NCBI GenBank assembly: GCA_001778275.1
Contig: MFGM01000074.1
Coordinates: 14,814-52,114, forward strand
Source of the DNA: Candidatus Falkowbacteria bacterium RIFOXYC2_FULL_48_21
GTDB taxonomy: Bacteria > Patescibacteriota > Patescibacteriia > UBA11705 > JABHMO01
DNA length: 37,301 nucleotides
Reading direction: 5' to 3'
In this document: piece by piece, positions 10,458 to 18,394 of the stretch
How the letters are laid out: each line of letters opens with the position of its first letter
Numbering within the stretch: the first letter of the stretch is position 1
The notes under the pieces: model-generated
The model's input: only the letters and a program-made list of their open reading frames with translations
Databases searched by the model: none
Told to the model about the DNA's origin: nothing
Program-made: the position numbers and the translations under genes

Positions 10458-11192
10458 ATGGAACACGATGTGTATGCTAAAATGTTTGAATTTGAAAAAG
10501 GCTTTTGGTGGTTTGTCGGACGACGAAAGATTGTTTTTAACGAATTAGCGAAGATCACAAGCACACTCGCAAATGTCGTGTTGGTTGACATCGGCTGTGG
10601 CACTGGTATAACCATGGAGCTGGCCACGGGTTTTCAAAAAAAAATCGGCATAGATTTTTCCGAAGAAGCGCTCAGATACGCCAAGACGAGAAATTGCGGT
10701 GAACTGGTGGCTGGTGATATTTATAAAATACCCATAGCAGATAATACTGCTGATTGTGTTTTGCTGATGGATGTTTTGGAGCATTTACGGGACGAGAGCG
10801 ACCCGCTCAAGGAAGTTTTTCGAATATGTAAAAAGGGTGGACGAATTATCGTCACTGTGCCCGCTTATCAATTCCTTTGGGGCGGCGAAGACGAAGTGTC
10901 AATGCATAAACGGCGGTACACAAAAACAAGATTACTTTCGATAATAGAAGAGGCGGGTTTTCAAGTCGAACGCACATCATACTTTAACACAATCTTATTC
11001 CCGATCATTGGCGCAATAATTTTATTTAACCGCTTATTCAATACCAGAGCGAAGCATGAAACGAATATGAAACGATTACCAAAGATATTAAACACCGGCT
11101 TAATAAAGATGCTTTTGCTGGAAGCATGGTTATTGAAAAAAATAACCTTTCCCTATGGCGCATCAGTAATTTGCGTGGCGAAGAAGAATTAA
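10458..11192 (+). CDS. Class I SAM-dependent methyltransferase with a hydrophobic C-terminal segment
   Basis: 244 aa. Motifs: VLVDIGCGTGITME (motif I), IGIDFSEEAL, DCVLLMDVLEHL, GGRIIVTVP. A hydrophobic stretch FNTILFPIIGAIILFNRLF lies near the C-terminus. Confidence 0.85.
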   Translation: MEHDVYAKMFEFEKGFWWFVGRRKIVFNELAKITSTLANVVLVDIGCGTGITMELATGFQKKIGIDFSEEALRYAKTRNCGELVAGDIYKIPIADNTADCVLLMDVLEHLRDESDPLKEVFRICKKGGRIIVTVPAYQFLWGGEDEVSMHKRRYTKTRLLSIIEEAGFQVERTSYFNTILFPIIGAIILFNRLFNTRAKHETNMKRLPKILNTGLIKMLLLEAWLLKKITFPYGASVICVAKKN

Positions 11193-11193
11193 T

Positions 11194-13671
11194 ATGGGAG
11201 TATATATAATTTGGACGGTGGTAGTATTTATCGCATATTTGGCCATCCGGTGGCCTTATTTTAAGTTACCAATCAGCGCCGATTCCGGATTCTACGTGTC
11301 CAATGCGACAATCTTGAATAAAAAAATCGATTTTTCCAAAGGCTGGAACGCGAATTATGCCTTCGGTAGCAAATGGCTGGTAGAATATTTTTACAGTTTA
11401 ATTTATTTATGGTTCGGGAACAAAAAATATAAAGCATATTCACGATTGTTTTTTTCGTTTTTTAATTATTTGACCGGAATAACTGTCGGCTTTTGCGCTT
11501 TTTATTTTGTCCAGGAGAGCTTGACGGCTTATCTCGTCGGTTTAACCGTTTACTGCCTGATTTCATCCGAACCTCATTATGGCGTTTATTTTGAAAGTGG
11601 TGATCAGTTCGAGCCGCTGTTTCAAGCGCTGGGTACGCTCTTTTTAATAATCGGCACATCGGTCGCCAATGAATACCTGATCATGCTGGGTATTTTTTGC
11701 TGGTTGGCGAATGCCGTGCTGGTAAAAATATCAGCCTTACTGCCGGCAATCATCGTGACCATCGGCGTTTTGATAGTGAATAGAACTCATTTTGCCACAT
11801 TGGCGCCGCTCATTGCTATTGACATGTTTGCCGGCACTTTGATTTACCTTTGGATTTTAAGCCGGTCGACATTGGGACTCATGATCCGGCTACGAGCTGT
11901 CTTTGGCCATGAAATCGTTGAGAGCCAGACAATCGATGGGAAGGAAAATTTATTGTTTCGTTTCACGCCGTTTTTGCGTTGTTTGCAAAAGACAAAACAG
12001 ACGCTGATAATCATGGCCGTCAACCCCATTATTCCATGTTTGGCTATTTTTGGCCTTGTTTTGACAATGAAAACGGTCAATCCGATTTTACTCACCGTGT
12101 TGATTTGTTTTGCCGCCGTTTTGGCCAAGTTTTACATCAGTCTGACACCGATTTGGTATTATAATATTCCCTTCCTACCATATGTAAGCATTTTTGCCGC
12201 GCAAGCGGTCGTTTCAATGCTATCTAATGTAAATCAAGGTACGTTAATTATTCTCGCATTATTGGTGATTTGGTTCATTCGAAACATACTTTTCGTAAAA
12301 TTTAAAGCTGTCGACCGGCTGGCCAGCTATGTGTGGCATTTTCAGGTTAAAAATAGAGGGGTGGACAGTTATCGAAGCGATTGTGCGGCAGTCGGAATAG
12401 AAAAAATTATCTCGGCTGACAAAACGATGTTACTTTACGGTCACAATGAATTGTATGTGTTAACTGGAAGGAGTTATGCCATTCCATTCAATACGGCGAT
12501 GGGATATATCGCAGATCTTGAGCCTGCGTGGGTAGAAAAATTGCATCGGCAAATGCTGGTCGCTCCGCCGGACTATATTGCTGATACGTTCGGCATCTGT
12601 GACATAATGGCAATCAAAAACAATTTGGGGCTTAATTATCAACAGGTAAAAACCTTTGGCGAGAATAATCAAATTACCCTTTATCGTTTGATTGACCGAC
12701 GCAATGACGATTTCGCGACTAATCTAAACTTTGCCAGTTTAAAAACAACCCAAAAGCATGCCCCCGCAACGCTTGATTGCCCAATGTGCCAATCGCGAAA
12801 TATCAAAAAGTTGTTTACTGATCACAATCGTCGGGACGGAATTGAATGCGCTGGGACGTACTCTCAGTGTTTGATTTGCCAGCATGTTTTTTTATCTGAC
12901 CGACCGACATGGCTTGCAATCGAACATTTTTATTCCACAGTCAATCAGGGTTGTACCGTCAATGAGCGCACTAATAATCTCGATAATCGGCCGCCTTCTT
13001 TGATCAAAAAGACACTGCGACGGTTACGTTTTCGACCCCATTCATGGCCCCTAGCGTCGGCCAATGAACAGAGGAACCGTTTGCTCGATCTTGGTTGTGG
13101 CACGGGGACGAAATTGCTTGAATTCTCTGAGCGTGGGTATCAAATTTGGGGCGTGGATATCAGTCCAGAAGCCATTGAAATCGCTCGTAAGATTTTACCG
13201 CGAGCAAAATTTTTCGTGTCGGAATTAGATAGCGTTGATTTACCCAATGATTATTTTGATTTCATTCGCATCGACAACACCTTAGAGCACGTTGATGATC
13301 CTGAACGATTGATTGCAAGATGTTCTCAGCTTTTACGTCGAAGCGGGGAGCTAATGATTTATGTCCCACACGGTCAAAGTTTTTCCATGCGGGTATTTAA
13401 AGGAAACTCTGTTTCTTCGTGGATTCCTTTCCATCTAAATTTATTTTCGACTAAATCATTGGCGGACCTATTAAGAAAAAATAATTTCAGCCAAGTCAGG
13501 ATTCGCGGCTACTGTCCGCTAACATGGTTGCCGATTAGCATTGTCCAGAGCGGTTTTGGCTCGATACAACGCAGTAAATGGTTAAATATATTATGTTATC
13601 CGTTTGGTTGGCTGTTTTGTCGAATTGGCATGGCCGAGGAATTAGTTGGTATTGGGACAAAAAATGATTGA
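11194..13671 (+). CDS. Fusion protein: N-terminal ~12-TM polytopic membrane domain (GT-C-like?), soluble linker, Cys4 zinc ribbon, and C-terminal class I SAM methyltransferase
   Basis: 825 aa. Amino acids 1 to about 372 are hydrophobic helices, with DSGFY (nt 11281-11295) in the first loop. CPMC (12778-12789) and CLIC (12868-12879) form a zinc-ribbon-like pair. The methyltransferase part has motif I LLDLGCGTG (13081-13107), VDISPEAIE and FDFIRIDNTLEHVDDP. Confidence 0.7.
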   Translation: MGVYIIWTVVVFIAYLAIRWPYFKLPISADSGFYVSNATILNKKIDFSKGWNANYAFGSKWLVEYFYSLIYLWFGNKKYKAYSRLFFSFFNYLTGITVGFCAFYFVQESLTAYLVGLTVYCLISSEPHYGVYFESGDQFEPLFQALGTLFLIIGTSVANEYLIMLGIFCWLANAVLVKISALLPAIIVTIGVLIVNRTHFATLAPLIAIDMFAGTLIYLWILSRSTLGLMIRLRAVFGHEIVESQTIDGKENLLFRFTPFLRCLQKTKQTLIIMAVNPIIPCLAIFGLVLTMKTVNPILLTVLICFAAVLAKFYISLTPIWYYNIPFLPYVSIFAAQAVVSMLSNVNQGTLIILALLVIWFIRNILFVKFKAVDRLASYVWHFQVKNRGVDSYRSDCAAVGIEKIISADKTMLLYGHNELYVLTGRSYAIPFNTAMGYIADLEPAWVEKLHRQMLVAPPDYIADTFGICDIMAIKNNLGLNYQQVKTFGENNQITLYRLIDRRNDDFATNLNFASLKTTQKHAPATLDCPMCQSRNIKKLFTDHNRRDGIECAGTYSQCLICQHVFLSDRPTWLAIEHFYSTVNQGCTVNERTNNLDNRPPSLIKKTLRRLRFRPHSWPLASANEQRNRLLDLGCGTGTKLLEFSERGYQIWGVDISPEAIEIARKILPRAKFFVSELDSVDLPNDYFDFIRIDNTLEHVDDPERLIARCSQLLRRSGELMIYVPHGQSFSMRVFKGNSVSSWIPFHLNLFSTKSLADLLRKNNFSQVRIRGYCPLTWLPISIVQSGFGSIQRSKWLNILCYPFGWLFCRIGMAEELVGIGTKND

Positions 13672-15064
13672 ATTATTGAGTAAAACAAACCGAATATCGC
13701 AACGCGGGCTGATCTGGAGCTTTCTCGTTATTTGGGCGCTTGGCGTTGCAATCTTCTGGCCGGGGGAAGAGCCGGCCAAGGTCAACACGCTACTGGTTGT
13801 GGGAATAGTATTTGTTTTGGCATATTTAATCATCGCCTATGCCGCTAAATCAAAAATCATTACGTCAAAAATTTATTGGATGGTCGCTTTTTTGGTGATG
13901 ATGACCTTGGTGGCGATTGTCTTGCAGTTTGTACTAACCGTTTCCGATATCGGCCACCGCGACATTGATGGCTTTGATCCAATTCGCTATGACTATGATG
14001 CCAAGGCGGCCGTGGAGAGCGGTTTGGATTTTACGGCCGCTAAGGGCAGTTATAATTTTCTTGGTGTAATTTATTATATTGCGGGCATCTATTGGATGTT
14101 TGGAATAAGTACTTTTTACGTCAGCCTATTTAATCTGTTATTCGTCTTGGTCGGCTTTTTGGCGGTAACAAAAATTTTGATCGATCAAACGGGCGAAGTC
14201 CGGCCGTGGCAAAAAATGGCGTGGGGAATGCTGATTCCCAGCGTTTTATATTATGCCGCCCTTCCGTCCAAGGATATTCTTGCGATGTCATTAATAGCAT
14301 TGATCCTGTGCCTCGTGAGCATACTATTACGAAAACGAAGTTTAAAATTATTTTTGTTCTTGGCCATCAGTTGCACCGGATTGATAATGATTAGAGCCAG
14401 TGCGCTGATTATTGTTGCGATTGTTAGCACCTTTATCATATTCTCTGTCAAAAAGAATAAGCGGCTAGTGCTTTACGCCCTAATTTTACTGGTGGTCGTT
14501 TCCTTGCTCGCTGTCCAATGCGCACCGGTAATAACCAAATTATTGGGTGGCACGCCGTTTAGTGTTTCGAAATTGTTCTCACTACAACCGAAGATTAAAA
14601 TGGCGGAGGAATTGAGCGCGACGGGGTCGTTGAATTTACTATTTATGCCAAGGACGTATGTTCAGGTGGCGCTCTTTATGCCCATCCGAGCATTGTTTTT
14701 TCTTATATCGCCATTTCCAAACGTTTGGATCTGGGGCGGATTGGCAAAAATAAGGTTTGATGTTTTGAGTTTATGGCTTATTTTGTTTTTTGCGCCCGCC
14801 TTGATCGCCGCTACCATATCAAAAAATATTCGCCGCCTAAAAGTATATAATTTCATAGTTATCCCTTTCTGGCTGATGATTTTTACGATTGCGACCGCGT
14901 TATTTATTATTCATGAACGTTATCGATTGATGCTTACGCCCTTTTGGCTGGCAACGGTGCTTATTGCGTACCGTTATGGCAAACCAAACCGCTACCTCAT
15001 GCCGAGTTTGTCTTTTATCTTGGCCGGATTAATTACATATGTAATTTTGAAGTTGGTTGTTTAA
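13664..15064 (+). CDS. Polytopic membrane protein, candidate Wzy-like polymerase or GT-C-like transferase
   Basis: The ORF track starts at a TTG (13646). The first ATG is 13664 and overlaps the upstream stop (13669-13671) by 8 nt. The protein has about 12 hydrophobic helices, an acidic/aromatic loop DIDGFDPIRYDYDA after helix 3 and a ~40-aa polar loop (GGTPFSVSKLFSLQPKIKMAEELSATG). I recognise no soluble-domain motif. Confidence 0.55.
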   Translation: MIELLSKTNRISQRGLIWSFLVIWALGVAIFWPGEEPAKVNTLLVVGIVFVLAYLIIAYAAKSKIITSKIYWMVAFLVMMTLVAIVLQFVLTVSDIGHRDIDGFDPIRYDYDAKAAVESGLDFTAAKGSYNFLGVIYYIAGIYWMFGISTFYVSLFNLLFVLVGFLAVTKILIDQTGEVRPWQKMAWGMLIPSVLYYAALPSKDILAMSLIALILCLVSILLRKRSLKLFLFLAISCTGLIMIRASALIIVAIVSTFIIFSVKKNKRLVLYALILLVVVSLLAVQCAPVITKLLGGTPFSVSKLFSLQPKIKMAEELSATGSLNLLFMPRTYVQVALFMPIRALFFLISPFPNVWIWGGLAKIRFDVLSLWLILFFAPALIAATISKNIRRLKVYNFIVIPFWLMIFTIATALFIIHERYRLMLTPFWLATVLIAYRYGKPNRYLMPSLSFILAGLITYVILKLVV

Positions 15065-15137
15065 TTAAGCGGGGTGCCGTCTATCTTCAGTCGGTAGCAG
15101 TCAACGCCTCGTGTCATCGTCAAAATAAGCAAATCAA

Positions 15138-15914
15138 ATGAACAAGTTGAATGCATTATTTCATTTATTGCCTCGCAATAGCCAGTTGTTATATCGTTTT
15201 TGTCGTAAATATGCCAATCGTTATAATGGTGAAAATGATAACAACATATTAACAAACGGTGAAGTTAATCTTTTGAAAAATTATTTACCCACGTGCCAGA
15301 CGGTTTTCGACGTTGGCTCGCATTTTGGCAGCTGGTCTCGGTTGGCGCTGGCTGTAAAATCAGATATTTCATTGCATTGCTTTGAGCCGAGTTGGAGCAC
15401 ATTTCAGCGGCTTGACGGCAGTCTTTCGCCGAAGACACTATATAATAATTTTGGGCTCGGGCGCGAGCAAGGCACTCGACCATATTACATTTTCGCCGAT
15501 TGCGCCACGACCAACTCTCTTTTTCTGAGAAAAGGATTGGAAGATGGTTGGGGAAAAAAGATGACAAATCGAACGGAAACGGTGTTGATTCGCACGCTGG
15601 ATGATTATTGTCGAGAAAAAAATATTGCCCGCATTGATTTTTTAAAAATTGATACCGAGGGGGGCGAATACGACATTTTATGCGGCGCACGCCAGATGCT
15701 GAGCCAAAATGCTATTGGCATAGTGCAATTCGAATACGGCGGTTGCTTTATTGACGCGCACATATTGCTCAAAGACGTTTTTGAGTATTTTGAACAATTT
15801 CCTCGATATAAATTGTTTAAAATTTTCCCGAACGAAATGAAGATGATCGTCCGTTATGATCAACGTTTGGAAAATTTTCAATATGCCAATTACGTCGCCA
15901 TGATACAAGATTAA
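15138..15914 (+). CDS. FkbM-family SAM-dependent methyltransferase
   Basis: 258 aa. Motifs: VFDVGSHFGSWS and the FkbM hallmark IDFLKIDTEGGEYDILCGA. Confidence 0.88.
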   Translation: MNKLNALFHLLPRNSQLLYRFCRKYANRYNGENDNNILTNGEVNLLKNYLPTCQTVFDVGSHFGSWSRLALAVKSDISLHCFEPSWSTFQRLDGSLSPKTLYNNFGLGREQGTRPYYIFADCATTNSLFLRKGLEDGWGKKMTNRTETVLIRTLDDYCREKNIARIDFLKIDTEGGEYDILCGARQMLSQNAIGIVQFEYGGCFIDAHILLKDVFEYFEQFPRYKLFKIFPNEMKMIVRYDQRLENFQYANYVAMIQD

Positions 15915-15923
15915 ATTTCCGCT

Positions 15924-17108
15924 ATGTCGATTAAGGAAACGCTTAAAAAAATATCATTGATCAATGACTTAAACGCCGCTTTCAAGGCGCGTTGTCAAGA
16001 ACGTCTGGCTCGGATCGAATTGCAACATTATTGGGGCATGGCCGAACGGGCGGGGATCAAAATTTTGGACAAGACACAGATTGCGGTGGCGCTACGAGCG
16101 CGTTTTGCGGCGCGCGGAATTAGCGTGACTGCAAAACCGGTCGGGCAACTCAATCTTTATTTCGTCTGCGGCATAAATAATTGGGAAGCGGCTTTGCCGA
16201 TTGCACTATGTAAATTCGGTACGGTTCATTTGTTTGATTGGCGGGCCCAAGGATTTGACCTTCAAGACAAACAGCACCAAAAGGAGCGCGCCGCGTTGAA
16301 CCGGGCGTTGTTGATTGACTTGCGCCAAGCACATAAACAACACCGAATTGATTTGCTGATCGGTTATTTTACCGACAAGGTCATTCTGCCGGAAACTTTG
16401 ATGGAAATATCAAGGCTGGGTATTCCCCTATGTAATTTTGATCTGGATGATAAACTGTGGTTCAAAAATGTCAAAAATTTGGTTTCAGCCATTGACCTCA
16501 ATCTAACCAACGCACCAGAATGTTTGGTCAAATATTTTGCCTGCGGGGGATTGGCAATGTTCTGGCCGGAGGCGGCCGATCCAGAAATACATAAAGCATA
16601 TGACGTGCCGTTTAAATATGATGTGTCTTTTGTCGGGAAAAAATATGGTTATAGGCCAAAATTTATTGAACGGTTGAGACAACGCGGAATTATGATCAAA
16701 ACGTTTGGAGAGGGGTGGGGAGGCGAGCGACTGACAAATGATGCGGTTATTAAACTATATTCTGAAAGCCGAATCAATTTGGGATTTGGTGGCGTCGGTC
16801 ACTCGCACCAGGTGTTTTGTCTCAAGGGGCGCGACTTTGAAGTGCCTATGAGCAGCGGTTTATATTTGACGCAAGACAATCCGGAGCTGGCGTTAGTGTA
16901 TAAAATTGGTGAGGAGATTTTAACGTATCATGACGCAACGGATTGTGCGAATATAATACAGCATTACCTAAATCATCCAGAGGACGCGGCCAAGGTGCGA
17001 AACGCCGGTTATGAACGGGCGTTTCGGGAACACAAATGGGAAGATAGATTTAGAGATCTTTTTTGTCTAATGGGATCAATAAACTTATGCACTCGCTTAA
17101 AATATTAA
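15924..17108 (+). CDS. CgeB-like glycosyltransferase (DUF3880 / Glyco_trans_1_2-type), paralog 1
   Basis: 394 aa. The C-terminal region VSFVGKKYGYRPKFI...LKGRDFEVPMSSGLYLTQDNPELALVYKIGEEILTYHD...AAKVRNAGYERAFREHKWEDR resembles the CgeB family. It shares the FE(V/I)P block with the products of 19691 and 20859. Confidence 0.7.
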   Translation: MSIKETLKKISLINDLNAAFKARCQERLARIELQHYWGMAERAGIKILDKTQIAVALRARFAARGISVTAKPVGQLNLYFVCGINNWEAALPIALCKFGTVHLFDWRAQGFDLQDKQHQKERAALNRALLIDLRQAHKQHRIDLLIGYFTDKVILPETLMEISRLGIPLCNFDLDDKLWFKNVKNLVSAIDLNLTNAPECLVKYFACGGLAMFWPEAADPEIHKAYDVPFKYDVSFVGKKYGYRPKFIERLRQRGIMIKTFGEGWGGERLTNDAVIKLYSESRINLGFGGVGHSHQVFCLKGRDFEVPMSSGLYLTQDNPELALVYKIGEEILTYHDATDCANIIQHYLNHPEDAAKVRNAGYERAFREHKWEDRFRDLFCLMGSINLCTRLKY

Positions 17109-18394
17109 TTTTAGATGCCAATACTACTTATCACATTGGTAATACGGCATTACTTGATAGTAGTTTAGCGCAATTAAAAGCGGGTTTCCCGGACGCTCGG
17201 TTTACCATTTTGGCGTTTGATCCGGTGTCCATCGCGCAGATGTTCGATCAATATGAGGTGCGCGAGTGTTTGTGGGCAAAACCATTTTCCGGTTTTTCTC
17301 GCTGGCGCAAGATAACGTGGCTAATAGGAGAAAGCGTTTGGGCGTTGGTCAATGCTTTGAATTTTTTATGCAAAAAAAAATTGGGGTTTGGCATAAACCA
17401 TAATGTTTATACTTTTTCGGCCACGAAACAAAAAGTTTTAGCCGCCTACGCGGAAGCGGATATTATTGTTAGTATCAGTGGCGAGATGTTGAGCGGCGCA
17501 AACGTGCGACGCATTGGTTTGTTCTTGTATGGCTACTGGCTTGGACATTTAATGGACAAGGTGGTGGCGATTTTTCCGCAAAGTATGGGGCCGTTTGAAA
17601 AACCGTTAATGAGGATAATGGTGAAATACGTACTCGAACGTTGTGACTTGATTTTACCGCGTGATAAAATCTCGCTCGCCTTTGTCGAGAAATTAAATTT
17701 ACGCAACAACAACGTTCATTTAGTGCCCGATGTTGCGGTAAATCAACTCTACATTCCGCCGGATGAAGCGATGGCCGAGCTTTCAAAAAACGGCTTGTTG
17801 ACCGAGCGACGCCCGATTATTGGCATTACCATATCGAAATTTAAAGATGCTGATTTTGAGCGATATTTTGCCGTCATGCGCGGACTTTGCCTTTTTGTCA
17901 CCAACGAATTGGTCGGTTCAATCATAATTTTTTCTCCCAATATGCCCTATCAGAACGAAGTTGATGATTTATCCGTGGCGACACAACTTTATAACAGTCT
18001 ACCCGAACAAACAAACATTATTATGTTGTCGAAATTGTATAGCGCTCGACAGATAAAGGGCTTGCTGGGCGTTTGCGATGTCTTTGTCACGACCAGGATG
18101 CACGTGGCTATCCTCGCCACGATGAACGAAACGCCCACCATTACCATAAATACTCAGCCAAAATTACGGGGCTACATGGAAATGATCAGCCAAGACGACT
18201 GGTCGTGTGAAATCAAGGCTTTTGATGTTGCCGCGGCGCGTGAAATGTTACAATCAATTTTAAATAAGAGTGCGGCCGTCAAGTCATCGTTGCAACGCGC
18301 AAAGCAAAAAGTCAGCCCAGACGCTTTAGCGGCCACGCGCTATTTGCGCGACGCGTACCAGCGTAAAATCACCAGTCATGATGATAAAAAATAG
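17087..18394 (+). CDS. Polysaccharide pyruvyl transferase family protein
   Basis: The ORF-track start 17063 is a TTG. The first ATG, 17087 (MHSLKILILD...), overlaps the upstream gene by 22 nt. Motifs: ILILDANTTYHIGNTALL at the N-terminus and VFVTTRMHVAILATMNETPTITIN (the R-x-H block typical of PF04230-type enzymes). Confidence 0.85.
   Translation: MHSLKILILDANTTYHIGNTALLDSSLAQLKAGFPDARFTILAFDPVSIAQMFDQYEVRECLWAKPFSGFSRWRKITWLIGESVWALVNALNFLCKKKLGFGINHNVYTFSATKQKVLAAYAEADIIVSISGEMLSGANVRRIGLFLYGYWLGHLMDKVVAIFPQSMGPFEKPLMRIMVKYVLERCDLILPRDKISLAFVEKLNLRNNNVHLVPDVAVNQLYIPPDEAMAELSKNGLLTERRPIIGITISKFKDADFERYFAVMRGLCLFVTNELVGSIIIFSPNMPYQNEVDDLSVATQLYNSLPEQTNIIMLSKLYSARQIKGLLGVCDVFVTTRMHVAILATMNETPTITINTQPKLRGYMEMISQDDWSCEIKAFDVAAAREMLQSILNKSAAVKSSLQRAKQKVSPDALAATRYLRDAYQRKITSHDDKK

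Noticed and set aside
13646-13663. ORF-track start positions at 13646, 17063 and 23836.
   Set aside because: All three are TTG codons when read from the sequence. In-frame ATGs a few codons downstream (13664, 17087, 23857) give shorter overlaps or the classic ATGA junction. The TTG starts cannot be excluded without experimental data.
15065-15137. tRNA-like fragment in the 73-nt gap. GCGGGGTG is followed by CTATC-TTCAGTC-GGTAG, which looks like an anticodon stem-loop (U33, anticodon CAG).
   Set aside because: There is not enough sequence upstream for an acceptor stem plus a D arm. There is no T-arm (GTTCRANYC) or matching 3' acceptor strand, and position 37 would be a pyrimidine. It is probably chance, or at most a degraded remnant.
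17372-17380. Homopolymeric A9 tracts inside coding regions (10636-10644 in a methyltransferase, 17372-17380 in the pyruvyl transferase, 19424-19432 in the FrhB-like gene), considered as possible slipped-strand phase-variation switches.
   Set aside because: A/T runs of 8-9 are expected by chance in AT-leaning, Lys-rich (AAA codon) genes. All three genes are in frame, and there are no poly-G/C tracts or multi-copy short repeats. Only population-level read heterogeneity could revive the idea.
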